This document shows positions 30,741 through 41,598 of a DNA stretch of 64,000 bases, piece by piece. The DNA lies in assembly GCA_049285335.1 (NCBI GenBank), contig JBAPZR010000639.1, forward strand, positions 12,386 to 76,385, read 5' to 3'. The notes below the pieces were generated by a model. The model searched no databases. It was given only the letters and a program-made list of their open reading frames with translations, and was not told the DNA's origin. This DNA is from Xanthobacteraceae bacterium (GTDB taxonomy: Bacteria; Pseudomonadota; Alphaproteobacteria; Rhizobiales; Xanthobacteraceae). The translations under genes and the position numbers were made by a program. Numbering within the stretch: the first letter of the stretch is position 1; the number at the start of each line of letters is the position of its first letter.

Positions 30741-31367
30741 ATGATGAAATCCAACTCGCCGCTATTCGATCGGATCCGGGTCAAGCCCGACCAGGATCGT
30801 CGCCTGCGCGCCGAGCTTCCCGGCTGCCAATGGCCGAGCTGCAATGCGCCGGCAACCCATCGGGCGCCGAAGGGCCGCCTGCGGGCCAGCGAATATTGGC
30901 AGTTCTGTCTCGAACATGTGCGTGAATATAATAATTCCTACAATTTCTTCGCGGGCATGAGCGACGACGCCGTCGCGAAATATCAGAAAGAGGCGCTGAC
31001 CGGCCATCGTCCAACCTGGAAAATGGGCTCGGTCGGCGGCAAACGCACCCGCAGCGCGCAGAAGGGCTTTCGCGGGGCGGACCGGGAGACTGACGACCCG
31101 TTCTCCCTGTTCGGCGAGTGGGGAGCCCGGCGCGCCGGTCATGCGCGGACCGCGCCGGAGGGGCGCAAGATTTTCAACGCACAGCGTCGCGCGCTTGACG
31201 TCCTTGGGCTTGAAGCGGACGCCAAGCGGGCCGATATCAAGTCTAAATTCAAGACTTTAGTGAAGCGGCACCATCCCGACGCTAACGGCGGTGACCGCGG
31301 CTCCGAGGAGCGTCTGCGGGAGATTATCCAAGCTTATAACTACCTGAAATCGGCCGGTTTCTGCTGA
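30741..31367 (+). CDS. J-domain-containing protein (C-terminal DnaJ domain)
   Basis: C-terminal LGLEADAKRADIKSKFKTLVKRHHPDANGGD with the HPD motif. Confidence 0.8.
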   Translation: MMKSNSPLFDRIRVKPDQDRRLRAELPGCQWPSCNAPATHRAPKGRLRASEYWQFCLEHVREYNNSYNFFAGMSDDAVAKYQKEALTGHRPTWKMGSVGGKRTRSAQKGFRGADRETDDPFSLFGEWGARRAGHARTAPEGRKIFNAQRRALDVLGLEADAKRADIKSKFKTLVKRHHPDANGGDRGSEERLREIIQAYNYLKSAGFC

Positions 31368-31511
31368 TCTGATGGCTTTCGCCGCCTCGTGACTTTCTGC
31401 TAGAGATACCGCGAAAATCCGGCCGCCGATCGCATTTGCGGCTGGGATTTTGTTCGCGCCTCGGCTTGCCCGAGTTTACCGCCGACGCCCAGCCGAGGTC
31501 ACGGAGGAGCA

Positions 31512-32504
31512 ATGACCCTCGCAACTGACGCAGATACGCAATCTGGATTGCCGGACATGAAGGTTTCGGTCCGGCAAGTGTTCGGAATTGATACCGATTT
31601 GGAAGTGCCGGCCTATTCCGAGCCAGATGAGCATGTGCCCGAACTCGACTCCGATTACCGCTTCGACAGACCGACCACGCTCGCCATCCTCGCCGGCTTT
31701 GCCCGCAATCGCCGGGTCATCGTCACCGGCTATCACGGCACCGGCAAGTCGACCCATATCGAGCAAGTCGCGGCGCGGCTGAATTGGCCGTGCGTGCGCG
31801 TCAATCTCGACAGTCATATCAGCCGCGTCGATCTGATCGGCAAAGACGCCATCGTCATCCGCGAGGGCATGCAGGTCACCGAATTTCGCGACGGCATTCT
31901 GCCCTGGGCGCTGCAGAATAACGTGGCGTTGTGTTTCGACGAGTATGACGCCGGCCGTCCCGATGTTATGTTCGTGATCCAGCGTGTGCTCGAATCGTCG
32001 GGCCGCCTGACGCTCCTTGACCAGAACAAGGTGATCAAACCACATCCCGCCTTCCGCCTGTTCGCGACCGCCAATACGGTCGGGCTCGGCGACACGTCCG
32101 GGCTCTATCACGGCACGCAACAGATCAACCAGGGCCAGATGGACCGATGGTCCATCGTGACGACCCTCAATTATCTGCCGCACGACAACGAGGTCGATAT
32201 CGTCCTTGCCAAGGCCCGGCATTATCGCACGCCCGAAGGCCGCGACATCGTCTCCAAGATGGTGCGCGTCGCCGACTTGACACGCAACGCTTTCATGAAC
32301 GGCGATATTTCGACGGTGATGAGTCCGCGCACGGTCATCACCTGGGCGGAAAACTCCGAGATCTTCAACGATATCGGCTTTTCGTTCCGGCTCACCTTCG
32401 TCAACAAGTGCGACGAACTGGAACGTCCGCTGGTCGCCGAATTCTATCAGCGCTGCTTCGGTCAGGAATTGCCGGAGAGCGCGGTCAACGTAGCGCTGTC
32501 GTGA
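31512..32504 (+). CDS. cobS: Cobaltochelatase subunit CobS (AAA+ MoxR-like)
   Basis: Walker [34 protein letters not shown]. Confidence 0.9.
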   Translation: MTLATDADTQSGLPDMKVSVRQVFGIDTDLEVPAYSEPDEHVPELDSDYRFDRPTTLAILAGFARNRRVIVTGYHGTGKSTHIEQVAARLNWPCVRVNLDSHISRVDLIGKDAIVIREGMQVTEFRDGILPWALQNNVALCFDEYDAGRPDVMFVIQRVLESSGRLTLLDQNKVIKPHPAFRLFATANTVGLGDTSGLYHGTQQINQGQMDRWSIVTTLNYLPHDNEVDIVLAKARHYRTPEGRDIVSKMVRVADLTRNAFMNGDISTVMSPRTVITWAENSEIFNDIGFSFRLTFVNKCDELERPLVAEFYQRCFGQELPESAVNVALS

Positions 32505-32541
32505 TCGCCTCTCCTCGCCGGCGGGGAGAAATAAAGAAGCC

Positions 32542-34437
32542 ATGAGCTCCAACATCAAGCCCAAAGGGGCCGCAAAGGAAGCGCCGACCGAACCTTTCAA
32601 ACGGGCGGTCGGCGTTTGCACGCGGGCGATCGCCGGCAAGATCGGGCTTGAAGTCAGTTTCGCCTCCGAACGTCCGGGTCTCGTCGGCGGCAAGGCGCGC
32701 TTGCCGGAGCCGCCGCGGCGGCTCAACGAGCGCGAGGCCGCGATCGTGCGCGGCCACGCCGATGCGATCGCATTGAGGCTCGCCTGTCACGATCCGGCGG
32801 TGCATCGCAAATTGGCGCCCGGCGGCCAGCAAGCGCGCGCGGTGTTCGAAGCGGTCGAACAGGCGCGCGTCGAAGCAATCGGCGCGCGCCGCATGGGCGG
32901 AGTCGCTAAGAACCTTACGGCCATGCTGGACGACCGGTTCCATCGCGGCAAATTCGACGAGATCACCGACCGCGCCGATGCGCCGATCGAGGATGCGCTG
33001 GCGATGATGGTGCGCGAACGGCTGACCGGCGAGACGCCGCCGGCGGCGGCGCGCAAACTTGTCGATCTGTGGCGTTCGCTGATCGAGGAGCGCGCCGGCC
33101 GCGACCTCGATCGCCTCGAACGCGTGCTCGACGATCAGCGCCGGTTCGGCGATGTCGTGCACGATCTGCTCGACTGCCTCGATATGGGCGAGGATCGCTC
33201 CTCGGAATCCGACGAGGAGGAAGGCGAAGAAGGCGAAGAGCAGAGTCAAAAGGACGAGACCGGGCAGGACGGCGAAGCTTCCGAGTCCGCCGACAGCGAA
33301 AAGATGAGCGCCGAAGCCGAAGCTTCGGCCGACGAATTGCCCGACAGCGCCTCGGAAGCGGTCGATGCGCCGGCCGCCGAGATGGCCGACGACGCCGAAA
33401 TGGGCGATTCGGAAACCGCCGCCGAACCGTGGCGGCCGCGTCACCAGCGCAACGAGCCGCGCGGCCCCGACTACCGGCCGTTTACCTCAAGGTTCGACGA
33501 GACTGTGGGCGCCGAGGAATTGTGCGAGCCGGAGGAGCTCGACCGCTTGCGCGGCTATTTGGACAAGCAGCTCTCCCACTTGCAGGGCGTGGTGGCGCGG
33601 CTCGCCAACCGGCTCCAGCGCCTGCTCTTGGCGCAACAAAATCGCGCTTGGGAATTCGACCTTGAAGAGGGTCTGCTCGATCCCGCGCGGCTATCGCGCG
33701 TCGTCGTCGATCCGATGCATCCGCTGTCGTTCAAGCGCGAGAAGGACACCGATTTCCGCGATACGGTGGTGACGCTTCTGCTCGACAATTCCGGTTCTAT
33801 GCGCGGCCGACCGATCACGGTCGCGGCAACCTGCGCCGACATCCTGGCGCGGACGCTCGAACGCTGCGGCGTCAAAGTGGAAATCCTGGGCTTCACCACG
33901 CGCGCCTGGAAAGGCGGGCAGTCGCGGGAATCCTGGCTCGCCGCGGGCAAGCCGGCCAATCCCGGCCGGCTCAACGATTTGCGTCACATTGTCTACAAGT
34001 CCGCGGACGCGCCATGGCGCCGTGCGCGCAAGAATCTCGGCCTGATGATGCGGGAAGGTCTGCTGAAGGAAAACATTGACGGCGAGGCGCTCGATTGGGC
34101 GCACAAGCGGCTCTTGGCGCGCTCGGAGACGCGAAAGATCCTGATGATGATTTCCGATGGCGCGCCAGTCGACGATTCGACGCTATCGGTCAATCCCGGC
34201 AATTATCTCGAGCGCCATCTGCGCTGGGTTATAGAAGACATCGAAATGCGCTCGCCGATCGAGTTGATCGCGATCGGGATCGGTCACGACGTGACGCGCT
34301 ATTACCGGCGCGCCGTCACCATCGTCGATGCCGAAGAGCTCGGCGGCGTGATGACCGAAAAACTCGCCGAATTGTTCGAGGAACATCCTGCTACTGAGCG
34401 GATGCGGCCGGTGCGGCCGCGCCGCCTGCACGCGTAA
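32542..34437 (+). CDS. cobT: Cobaltochelatase subunit CobT (acidic linker plus vWA domain)
   Basis: 631 aa with an acidic stretch ([14 protein letters not shown]) and the vWA motif [13 protein letters not shown]. Directly follows cobS. Confidence 0.9.
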   Translation: MSSNIKPKGAAKEAPTEPFKRAVGVCTRAIAGKIGLEVSFASERPGLVGGKARLPEPPRRLNEREAAIVRGHADAIALRLACHDPAVHRKLAPGGQQARAVFEAVEQARVEAIGARRMGGVAKNLTAMLDDRFHRGKFDEITDRADAPIEDALAMMVRERLTGETPPAAARKLVDLWRSLIEERAGRDLDRLERVLDDQRRFGDVVHDLLDCLDMGEDRSSESDEEEGEEGEEQSQKDETGQDGEASESADSEKMSAEAEASADELPDSASEAVDAPAAEMADDAEMGDSETAAEPWRPRHQRNEPRGPDYRPFTSRFDETVGAEELCEPEELDRLRGYLDKQLSHLQGVVARLANRLQRLLLAQQNRAWEFDLEEGLLDPARLSRVVVDPMHPLSFKREKDTDFRDTVVTLLLDNSGSMRGRPITVAATCADILARTLERCGVKVEILGFTTRAWKGGQSRESWLAAGKPANPGRLNDLRHIVYKSADAPWRRARKNLGLMMREGLLKENIDGEALDWAHKRLLARSETRKILMMISDGAPVDDSTLSVNPGNYLERHLRWVIEDIEMRSPIELIAIGIGHDVTRYYRRAVTIVDAEELGGVMTEKLAELFEEHPATERMRPVRPRRLHA

Positions 34438-34475
34438 AACGCACGCTCCGGTTTAACGTCGAGCGCCAAACCGAG

Positions 34476-34766
34476 CTATGCGGTCGCCTGACGCTTCTTG
34501 ATAACCTGACGCTTGAGTTCGAGCGCCCGCGGCGACAGTTCGGCATCGTTGGCGGCGATCAAGAAAGCGTCGAGTCCGCCGCGATGATCGACCGTCTTGA
34601 GCGCGTTGGCCGAAATCCGCAGCCGCACCGAACGCCCGAGCGCGTCGGAAATCAGCGTTACGTTGAGTAAATTGGGCAGAAATCGCCGCTTGGTCTTTCG
34701 ATTGGAGTGGCTGACCTTGTGCCCGATCTGGCGCGTTTTTCCGGTCAGCTCGCATCGCCATGCCAT
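34476..34766 (-). CDS. rpmB: 50S ribosomal protein L28
   Basis: [33 protein letters not shown]. The track ORF to 35117 is a spurious extension. Confidence 0.95.
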   Translation of the reverse strand: MAWRCELTGKTRQIGHKVSHSNRKTKRRFLPNLLNVTLISDALGRSVRLRISANALKTVDHRGGLDAFLIAANDAELSPRALELKRQVIKKRQATA

Positions 34767-34989
34767 GGTAGAAATCCTTAGCCGAAAATCCCGTCGGTCC
34801 CGGGCGCCGGGCGCCACAGCCGGACGAAATGGGGAGGTTGGCGCGGACCTATAGTGTCGCCATAGTTGAGCGTCAAGCGCGGCTTGCGGCAGCGGCTTGT
34901 GACCGTTTTTCGCAAATAAGAGGGCGACGCCGAACCACACAAACGACGCATTCTCCGACAAAACAAGGGGCGAGTTCCTGGTCCGGAAT

Positions 34990-35946
34990 ATGCCCTTGCA
35001 TAGCTTCGCGTTGCCAAGCCTCCGCCGAGCATGCGCCGCTGCGTCCGTCGCGGCGTTTTTAGTCTTGGTCGCGATATTGGCGGCGGTTTTCGTGCGAGCC
35101 GCCACCGCGGGAGACACGAGCCGTCAAGGAAACACGAGCCGTCAAGCAGGCGCCCAAACGGGCAGCCGCGGAGGGACCCAAGCGCGTCTCGAGGCGGAAT
35201 ACATCGTCACTCTGGCCGGTATCCCGATCGGTCGCGGCAACTGGATCATCGAACTGTCGGATGACCAATACACCGCGGCGGCAAGCGGCACGACCACGGG
35301 CGTCATTCGTTTCTTTACCGGCGGCCGCGGCACCGGCGCGGCGCGCGGCACGGTGAACGCGGGCCAACCAGTGCCGACAAGCTACGGCGCCACACTTGCC
35401 TACGATCACAAGGTCGACGATGTCCGAATTTCGCTGGCCGGCGGAAATGTGACGGACTATGACGCCGAGCCGCCGCTGCCGCCAATGCCCGACCGTATTC
35501 CGGTCACCGATGCCGACCGTCGCGGCGTCATGGATCCGATGACATCGATGCTCAATCGTGTCGCCGGAAACGGCGATCCGGTATCGCCGGAGGCGTGCAA
35601 TCGCAAAGTCGCGGTCTTCGACGGCCGCGTGCGCTACGATCTGCACAGCGAATTCAAGCGCATGGAAAGCGTCAAGGCGGACCGCGGCTATGAAGGCCCG
35701 GCCGTGGTTTGCGCGGTCTTTTTCACGCCGATCGCCGGCTATGTGCCGGACCGTCCGGCAATCCGATATCTCGTGACGCTCCGCGATGCGGAAGTGTGGC
35801 TGGTGCCGATCGAAGGCACGCGCGTACTTGTGCCGTTCCGGTTCGCAATGCCCACGCCGCTCGGAACCGGCATGTTGCAGGCGACCGAATTCGTCACCGT
35901 CTCCCAGCCCTCGCAATCGCCGCGTCCAACTGCTAAAACGCAGTGA
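34990..35946 (+). CDS. DUF3108 domain-containing exported protein
   Basis: Signal peptide, then a beta-rich sequence ([19 protein letters not shown]...). Typical neighbour of rpmB in Rhizobiales. Confidence 0.75.
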   Translation: MPLHSFALPSLRRACAAASVAAFLVLVAILAAVFVRAATAGDTSRQGNTSRQAGAQTGSRGGTQARLEAEYIVTLAGIPIGRGNWIIELSDDQYTAAASGTTTGVIRFFTGGRGTGAARGTVNAGQPVPTSYGATLAYDHKVDDVRISLAGGNVTDYDAEPPLPPMPDRIPVTDADRRGVMDPMTSMLNRVAGNGDPVSPEACNRKVAVFDGRVRYDLHSEFKRMESVKADRGYEGPAVVCAVFFTPIAGYVPDRPAIRYLVTLRDAEVWLVPIEGTRVLVPFRFAMPTPLGTGMLQATEFVTVSQPSQSPRPTAKTQ

Positions 35947-36306
35947 AATTCGCAAGGATTGGCGAAGCCGCCGGCCTCACCATCGCGCCCGCGTCCCCAT
36001 TATCCACAAGCAGTCGCCTCTTGACTCGGCGTGGAATCATGGTTGCAAGACGGGTTAACGGTCTTGGCGCTGTGACGGGCTTTCGTTTTCGCCGATTCCA
36101 CCCGATCTAGTATTCAATGTTGGAGATAGGGCCATATATCGCGGTGAACGAATTCGAACAGGTGTCGAGTCGCCGATTCGGCCGCGATTCGTTCCAGACT
36201 CGTTCCACATGTTAAGCACAGGGCTTTCCAGCGTCACATTGTGATACAGAAGCCCTATCGTCAGCACTGTCGTCGTCGCGCCGCTACCGCGTCTGTCGGG
36301 ACCTGA

Positions 36307-39300
36307 ATGTCGATTTCGTTTTCGCCTACCGCCGATCGTGAGCATCGCGCTCGCGGCGCCGGCGTCACTGCCGTATTGGGCCCCACCAATACCGGCAAGA
36401 CGCATCTGGCGATCGAGCGCATGCTTGCGCATTCCTCGGGCATGATCGGACTGCCGCTGCGGCTTTTGGCGCGCGAAGTCTACAATCGCGCGGTGGAGCG
36501 CGTCGGCGCCGAAGCCGTCGCACTCGTCACCGGCGAAGAAAAAATCAAGCCGCCGAATCCTCGATTTTGGGTCGCCACCGTCGAGGCGATGCCGCGCGAG
36601 CTCGACGTTGCGTTTCTGGCGATCGACGAGGTCCAGCTCGCGGCCGATTTCGAACGCGGGCACGTCTTCACCGATCGCATGTTGCATCGGCGCGGCCGCG
36701 AGGAAACTCTGCTGCTGGGCGCCGCGACGATGCGGCCGATCGTCGAACGGCTGTTGCCCGGCGCCAGCATTGTCAGCCGTCCGCGCTTGTCGCAGCTGAC
36801 GTTTTCCGGCGAGAAAAAACTAACGCGGCTGCCGCGTCGCTCGGCCATAGTCGCTTTCTCGGCGGAAGAGGTCTACGCCATCGCCGAATTGATCCGCCGC
36901 CAGCGCGGCGGCGCCGCGGTGGTGCTTGGCGCGTTGTCGCCGCGCACACGCAACGCCCAGGTCGAACTCTACCAATCCGGCCAAGTCGATTACATGGTGG
37001 CGACCGACGCGATCGGCATGGGACTAAATCTCGACGTCGATCACATCGCCTTCGCTTCCGATCGCAAATTCGACGGTTATCAGTTCCGCAAACTCAATCC
37101 GTCCGAGCTCGCTCAGATCGCCGGCCGCGCCGGCCGCGCTACCCGTGACGGCACGTTCGGCACCTGCGGACGCTGTCCGCCGTTCGAGACCGAACTGGTC
37201 CAGGCGCTTGAATCGCACACGTTCGAGCCGGTGAAGCTCGTGCAATGGCGCAATTCCGATCTCGACTTCTCGTCGGTCGGCGCGCTGCAGGCGACCCTTG
37301 CAGCGCCGGCGAGCGAAAGTGCGCTCGCGCGTGCGCCGGTCGCCGAAGACATTCTGGTGCTCGATCATGCCGCGCGCGACGACAATGTGCGCGCATTCAC
37401 ACGCACGCGCGCCGACGTCGAGCGGCTCTGGGACGTCTGTCAGCTCCCCGATTACCGCAAAATCGCGCCGGCCAATCATGCCGAGCTTGTCGTGACGCTG
37501 TACGGATTTCTGCAGCGCGACGGCACGATCAAAACCGATTGGTTCGAGCATCAGGTCGCGTTGGCGGATCGCACCGATGGCGATATCGATACGCTGTCGA
37601 CACGCATCGCTCACATCCGAACCTGGACGTTCGCGGCCAATCGCCCGGATTGGCTCGCCGATCCGGAACACTGGCAGGCCGTCACGCGCGGCGTCGAGGA
37701 CCGGCTGTCGGACGCGTTGCACGAACGGCTTACCGAGCGCTTCGTCGATCGCCGCACCAGCGTCTTGATGCGGCGGCTACGCGAAAACGCAACGCTCGAA
37801 CCGAACTTCAACAAGACCGGCGACGTCGTTGTCGAAGGTCATTTGATCGGCCGGCTCGACGGCTTTGTTTTCGTGCCGGATGCGGCCTCCGGCGGTTCGG
37901 AGGCGAAGGCGCTGCAAAATGCGGCGCAAAAGGCGCTGGCCGGCGAGATCGCCGCGCGTGCGGCGCGCTTGGCCGAAGCGCCCGACAGCCAATTCGTGCT
38001 GGCCGCCGACGGCACGCTGCGCTGGACCGGCGCCGCGGTCGGCAAGCTCTATGCCGGCGAGGAGGTGCTGCGCCCACGCGTCCGCATCATCGCCGACGAA
38101 CATCTCAACGGCGCGCCGCGCGAGGCGGTCGAGACGCGGCTCAATGCCTGGGTCAAGACACACATTGAGAAATTGCTTGGTCCGTTGTCCGAGCTCGCGG
38201 CTGCGGCCGACGTGAGCGGATTGGCGCGCGGGGTGGCGTTCCAGTTGGTCGAGGCGCTCGGCGTGCTCGATCGCCAGCGCGTCGCGGAGGAAGTGAAAGG
38301 GCTTGAACAACCCGCGCGCGCCACGCTGCGGAAATATGGCGTGCGCTTCGGCGCCTATCACATCTATATCCCGGCGCTTTTAAAGCCGGCGCCGCGCGCA
38401 CTGGCGACGCAGCTATGGATGCTGATGCACAATGGACCGCAAGACAAGCTGGTCGATCTCCTGCATCTTGCCGGCAGCGGCCGCACCTCGATCCCGATCG
38501 ATCGTGAGATCGATCCGGCGCTTTATCGCACCGCCGGATACCGCGTCTGCGGCGAGCGCGCGGTGCGCGTCGATATTCTGGAGCGGCTCGCCGATCTGAT
38601 CCGTCCTGCGCTTACCTGGCGGGAAGGAGCGCCTGGGGCGCGGCCGCGAGGCGCTTTCCCCGGCGGGGGCTTCACCGTCGTCAACACCATGACCTCGCTG
38701 ACGGGAGCGTCGGGCGAGGACTTCGCGTCGATCTTGCGCTCATTGGGTTATCGGATGGAGCGGCGGCCCAAGCCATTGGAGCCGCCACCGGAGCCTCCGG
38801 TCGCGGCCGCACCAGCCGCGAGCGAGGAGATAATTCAGTCACACATGCTCGACGGTGAGGCGCCCGGCGACGCCGCAAGATCGACAGAGCGCGCGGACGC
38901 CGCGCTCCAAGATCCCCAGCCGGCCGACCATACGGAGATCGTTTCAGCGGAGGGCGGCGATCGAGAGCCGGCGGCCGATGCTGCTGAAACGGGGCAGGAG
39001 GCGGCCCACGAGATTCGGGAACCGCCGCAAGAAACGGCCCAAGAAGGTGCCCAAGAAGGTGCCCAAAAAGCTGCTGAAGAAACCACCCAAGCAACGAGCC
39101 AAGAAACGAGCCAAGAAACGAGCCAAGCAACGAGCCAAGCAACGAGCCAAGCAACGAGCCAAGAAACGGCTCAAGAAACGGCTCAAGCAACGGCTCAAGC
39201 AACGGCACAAGAAACGGTCGAAGCTGCCGCCCCGGGATCGGCTCCATCACCAAGCGGAGAGCCGGAAATGGTCGAGGTCTGGCGGCCCGGCCGGCCGGAA

Positions 39301-39663
39301 GGCCGGTGGCGCCCCCGTGAGCGACATCGTGGTTCGGCGAGGCAGGCAAGAGAATTCGGCAAGCGCGCACCAAAGGCGGCGCAGGATTCCGCCGGGTCCG
39401 GGGCTGGCATGGCGGCTGCCGTTGAAGCGTCGCCGCCGACGGGCCAAACCGAATCGGCTCCTTCACCGGATGCGCATACCGATAGAGGACGACCGCGCCA
39501 TCGCCGCCATCAGGAGCATCATCGGCCCGACCGTCCGCCGCGCGAACGGCCGCCGGCCAAACGCTTCGAACGCCGCGAAAAGGCGCCCGATCCGAACTCG
39601 CCGTTTGCCAAACTCGCGGCCTTGAAGGCTCAGCTCGAGGCCGATGCGAAGGAGCGCCGGTGA
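36307..39663 (+). CDS. Suv3-like DExH helicase-related protein with long repetitive C-terminal tail
   Basis: GPTNTGKTH Walker A, AIDEVQL (DExx box), ATDAIGMGLNL, QIAGRAGR. The last roughly 330 aa are low complexity (QETS/QATS/QETA repeats, basic end). Confidence 0.85.
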   Translation: MSISFSPTADREHRARGAGVTAVLGPTNTGKTHLAIERMLAHSSGMIGLPLRLLAREVYNRAVERVGAEAVALVTGEEKIKPPNPRFWVATVEAMPRELDVAFLAIDEVQLAADFERGHVFTDRMLHRRGREETLLLGAATMRPIVERLLPGASIVSRPRLSQLTFSGEKKLTRLPRRSAIVAFSAEEVYAIAELIRRQRGGAAVVLGALSPRTRNAQVELYQSGQVDYMVATDAIGMGLNLDVDHIAFASDRKFDGYQFRKLNPSELAQIAGRAGRATRDGTFGTCGRCPPFETELVQALESHTFEPVKLVQWRNSDLDFSSVGALQATLAAPASESALARAPVAEDILVLDHAARDDNVRAFTRTRADVERLWDVCQLPDYRKIAPANHAELVVTLYGFLQRDGTIKTDWFEHQVALADRTDGDIDTLSTRIAHIRTWTFAANRPDWLADPEHWQAVTRGVEDRLSDALHERLTERFVDRRTSVLMRRLRENATLEPNFNKTGDVVVEGHLIGRLDGFVFVPDAASGGSEAKALQNAAQKALAGEIAARAARLAEAPDSQFVLAADGTLRWTGAAVGKLYAGEEVLRPRVRIIADEHLNGAPREAVETRLNAWVKTHIEKLLGPLSELAAAADVSGLARGVAFQLVEALGVLDRQRVAEEVKGLEQPARATLRKYGVRFGAYHIYIPALLKPAPRALATQLWMLMHNGPQDKLVDLLHLAGSGRTSIPIDREIDPALYRTAGYRVCGERAVRVDILERLADLIRPALTWREGAPGARPRGAFPGGGFTVVNTMTSLTGASGEDFASILRSLGYRMERRPKPLEPPPEPPVAAAPAASEEIIQSHMLDGEAPGDAARSTERADAALQDPQPADHTEIVSAEGGDREPAADAAETGQEAAHEIREPPQETAQEGAQEGAQKAAEETTQATSQETSQETSQATSQATSQATSQETAQETAQATAQATAQETVEAAAPGSAPSPSGEPEMVEVWRPGRPEGRWRPRERHRGSARQAREFGKRAPKAAQDSAGSGAGMAAAVEASPPTGQTESAPSPDAHTDRGRPRHRRHQEHHRPDRPPRERPPAKRFERREKAPDPNSPFAKLAALKAQLEADAKERR
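39028..39219 (+). repeat. 16 tandem 12-bp units (CAAGMAACGRSC) inside the helicase gene
   Basis: In-frame units read directly from the sequence. The 11 units from 39088 are near-perfect; the 5 units from 39028 are degenerate. They encode (Q-E/A-T/G-S/A)n. Confidence 0.9.
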
Positions 39664-39945
39664 GTGACCGCCGAGCTTGCGCGGCAACGGATTGACCGCT
39701 GGCTATGGCATGCTCGCTTGGTGCGCACACGCCACGCCGCCGCGGCGCTCGCGGAAGCCGGCTATGTCCGCGTCAACGGCGCGCGGATCGACGCGCCGGG
39801 CCGCATGATAAGAAGCGGCGACGTTATCACGGTCGCGCTCGACCGCGGCGTCCGGGTGGTCAGGGTCACGGGTTTTGCGGAACGGCGGGGACCCGCGGCA
39901 ACCGTGGCGGCGCTCTACCAAGACATCGATCGCGGAGGCCGTTAG
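39664..39945 (+). CDS. RNA-binding S4 domain protein (Hsp15-like)
   Basis: QRIDRWLWHARLVRTRHAAAALAEAGYVRVNG. GTG start directly after the helicase stop. Confidence 0.85.
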   Translation: MTAELARQRIDRWLWHARLVRTRHAAAALAEAGYVRVNGARIDAPGRMIRSGDVITVALDRGVRVVRVTGFAERRGPAATVAALYQDIDRGGR

Positions 39946-40036
39946 GGGTGCGGCGAGAGGACGATAGGGCCTTCTTGCGTGGCCGGGACCCATGCGATAG
40001 GAGCAAGGCTGCAAGAGCGCCGTTTAGAGTGTGCAA

Positions 40037-40375
40037 ATGACCTATATCGTCAACGACAATTGCATCAAATGCAAATACATGGACTGCGTTGAAGTCTGCC
40101 CCGTGGACTGCTTCTACGAGGGCGAGAATATGCTGGTCATCCACCCGGACGAATGTATCGATTGCGGCGTCTGCGAACCGGAATGCCCGGTCGAAGCGAT
40201 TAAGCCCGATACCGAACCCGGCGTCGAAAAATGGCTCGGCGTCAACGCCGAATACGCGAAAGTCTGGCCCAATATCACGACCAAAAAGACCCCTCCCGCC
40301 GATGCCAAACAGTGGGAAGGCGTCCCCAATAAATTCGAAGAGCAATTCTCAGCCAATCCTGGCAGCGGCGATTAA
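40037..40375 (+). CDS. fdxA: 7Fe ferredoxin (FdxA type)
   Basis: [29 protein letters not shown]...[12 protein letters not shown]. Confidence 0.9.
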   Translation: MTYIVNDNCIKCKYMDCVEVCPVDCFYEGENMLVIHPDECIDCGVCEPECPVEAIKPDTEPGVEKWLGVNAEYAKVWPNITTKKTPPADAKQWEGVPNKFEEQFSANPGSGD

Positions 40376-40460
40376 TACACGTCTGAGTCGCAATCTTAAC
40401 CACTGTTGGAAATTCCTGCTTTTGCGGGGCTGATGCGACGCTTTTGCGCGCGTTAACGCT

Positions 40461-40488
40461 TTGATTTTGGCTGAAAATGTGTTATGTA
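40461..40488 (+). promoter_or_regulatory. Candidate sigma-70 promoter in the fdxA-carD spacer
   Basis: TTGATT (40461-40466), 16-nt spacer ending in TGT (extended -10 like), TATGTA (40483-40488). Confidence 0.35.
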
Positions 40489-40519
40489 GCTATTACACAA
40501 TGAAATAACGCCCCGAGGC

Positions 40520-40548
40520 TGCTCCCCCGACCGGGAGCATATTTTTTC
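40520..40548 (+). terminator. Short hairpin plus T-run in the putative carD leader
   Basis: Stem TGCTCCC/GGGAGCA (7 bp) with a 6-nt loop, followed by TATTTTTT, about 30 nt after the candidate promoter. Confidence 0.3.
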
Positions 40549-40788
40549 GAGGGGTTGCCGAGGAACCGTCAGAAGAGGCGTGATTTCCACGCGAGAGCAG
40601 TGGCAGAAAAAACTCGTCGTCGTCCTAAGAAGGGTGCGACCGGCATGAGCCGGAAGACCACTAAATCCTCCTCCCGCGCGAGCCGGAGGCCCACACAGTC
40701 CACGCGAGCGATGACCCGCACCCGGGTCAGCGTGGCAAAGCCCGCGCATCGGCGCAAGCCCGAGCCGGAAGGAGCAGCAACTTTGGGA

Positions 40789-41361
40789 ATGAACGCAAAG
40801 AAGACTACTCAACGACAGGGCTTCAAGACTCACGAATTCATTGTTTATCCGGCCCACGGCGTCGGCCAGATCGTTGCGATCGAGGAGCAGGAAGTCGCCG
40901 GCGTGCGGCTTGAATTGTTCGTCATCAACTTCGTGAAGGACAAGATGACGCTGCGGGTGCCCACCTCGAAGGTTGCCTCGGTCGGCATGCGCAAACTCGC
41001 CGAAACGGCGATGGTTAAGCGCGCCCTTGAAACGCTGAAGGGCCGCGCGCGCATCAAGCGCACGATGTGGTCGCGCCGCGCTCAGGAATACGAGGCCAAG
41101 ATCAATTCCGGCGACATCATCGCGATCGCCGAAGTCGTTCGCGATCTCTATCGCTCGGAGACGCAGCCGGAACAGTCCTATTCGGAGCGTCAGCTGTACG
41201 AGGCTGCGCTCGACCGGTTGTCGCGCGAAGTCGCGGCGGTGCAGCGCATCACCGAGACTGAAGCGATCAAGGAGATCGAGGCTGCGCTCGCTAAGGGACC
41301 TCGCCGCGGTCCGAAGCCTGAAGCCGACGAGGAATCCGTCGTCGAGGAAGAGGCAGCCTAA
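40789..41361 (+). CDS. carD: CarD family transcriptional regulator
   Basis: GFKTHEFIVYPAHGVGQIVAIEEQEVAG matches the CarD/CdnL N-terminal Tudor-like domain. ATG at 40789 with GGAG upstream. A basic N-terminal extension from 40555/40645 cannot be excluded. Confidence 0.85.
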   Translation: MNAKKTTQRQGFKTHEFIVYPAHGVGQIVAIEEQEVAGVRLELFVINFVKDKMTLRVPTSKVASVGMRKLAETAMVKRALETLKGRARIKRTMWSRRAQEYEAKINSGDIIAIAEVVRDLYRSETQPEQSYSERQLYEAALDRLSREVAAVQRITETEAIKEIEAALAKGPRRGPKPEADEESVVEEEAA

Positions 41362-41385
41362 GGCGTCGCGCTTTTCGCTTTCCAT

Positions 41386-41420
41386 AAAGGCCCGGCAGCA
41401 AGCCGGGCCTTTTTATTTTT
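41386..41420 (+). terminator. Rho-independent terminator after carD
   Basis: Stem AAAGGCCCGGC/GCCGGGCCTTT (11 bp) with a 5-nt loop, followed by a T-rich run. Next to it is a 17-bp tandem duplication, TTATTTTTTCGTCTTG x2. Confidence 0.8.
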
Positions 41421-41598
41421 TCGTCTTGTTATTTTTTCGTCTTGGCAAAATGTTGCGAAGCTGCGACCAGCGCGCGAGGCCACCGGATTATGCGCGTTTT
41501 ACTCATGATGCCGCCGGCAAAAAACCCGTGCTTAGTCATAAATTAAGCTTCCTTTGAAAGGAGATAGAGGGGACCACGCGGGGCAGGGGGCCTTCGTC

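Noticed and set aside
39028-39219. Regular short repeats that could superficially suggest a CRISPR-like array.
   Set aside because: The units are 12 bp, contiguous with no spacers, in frame, and inside a helicase gene. This is a coding minisatellite, not CRISPR.
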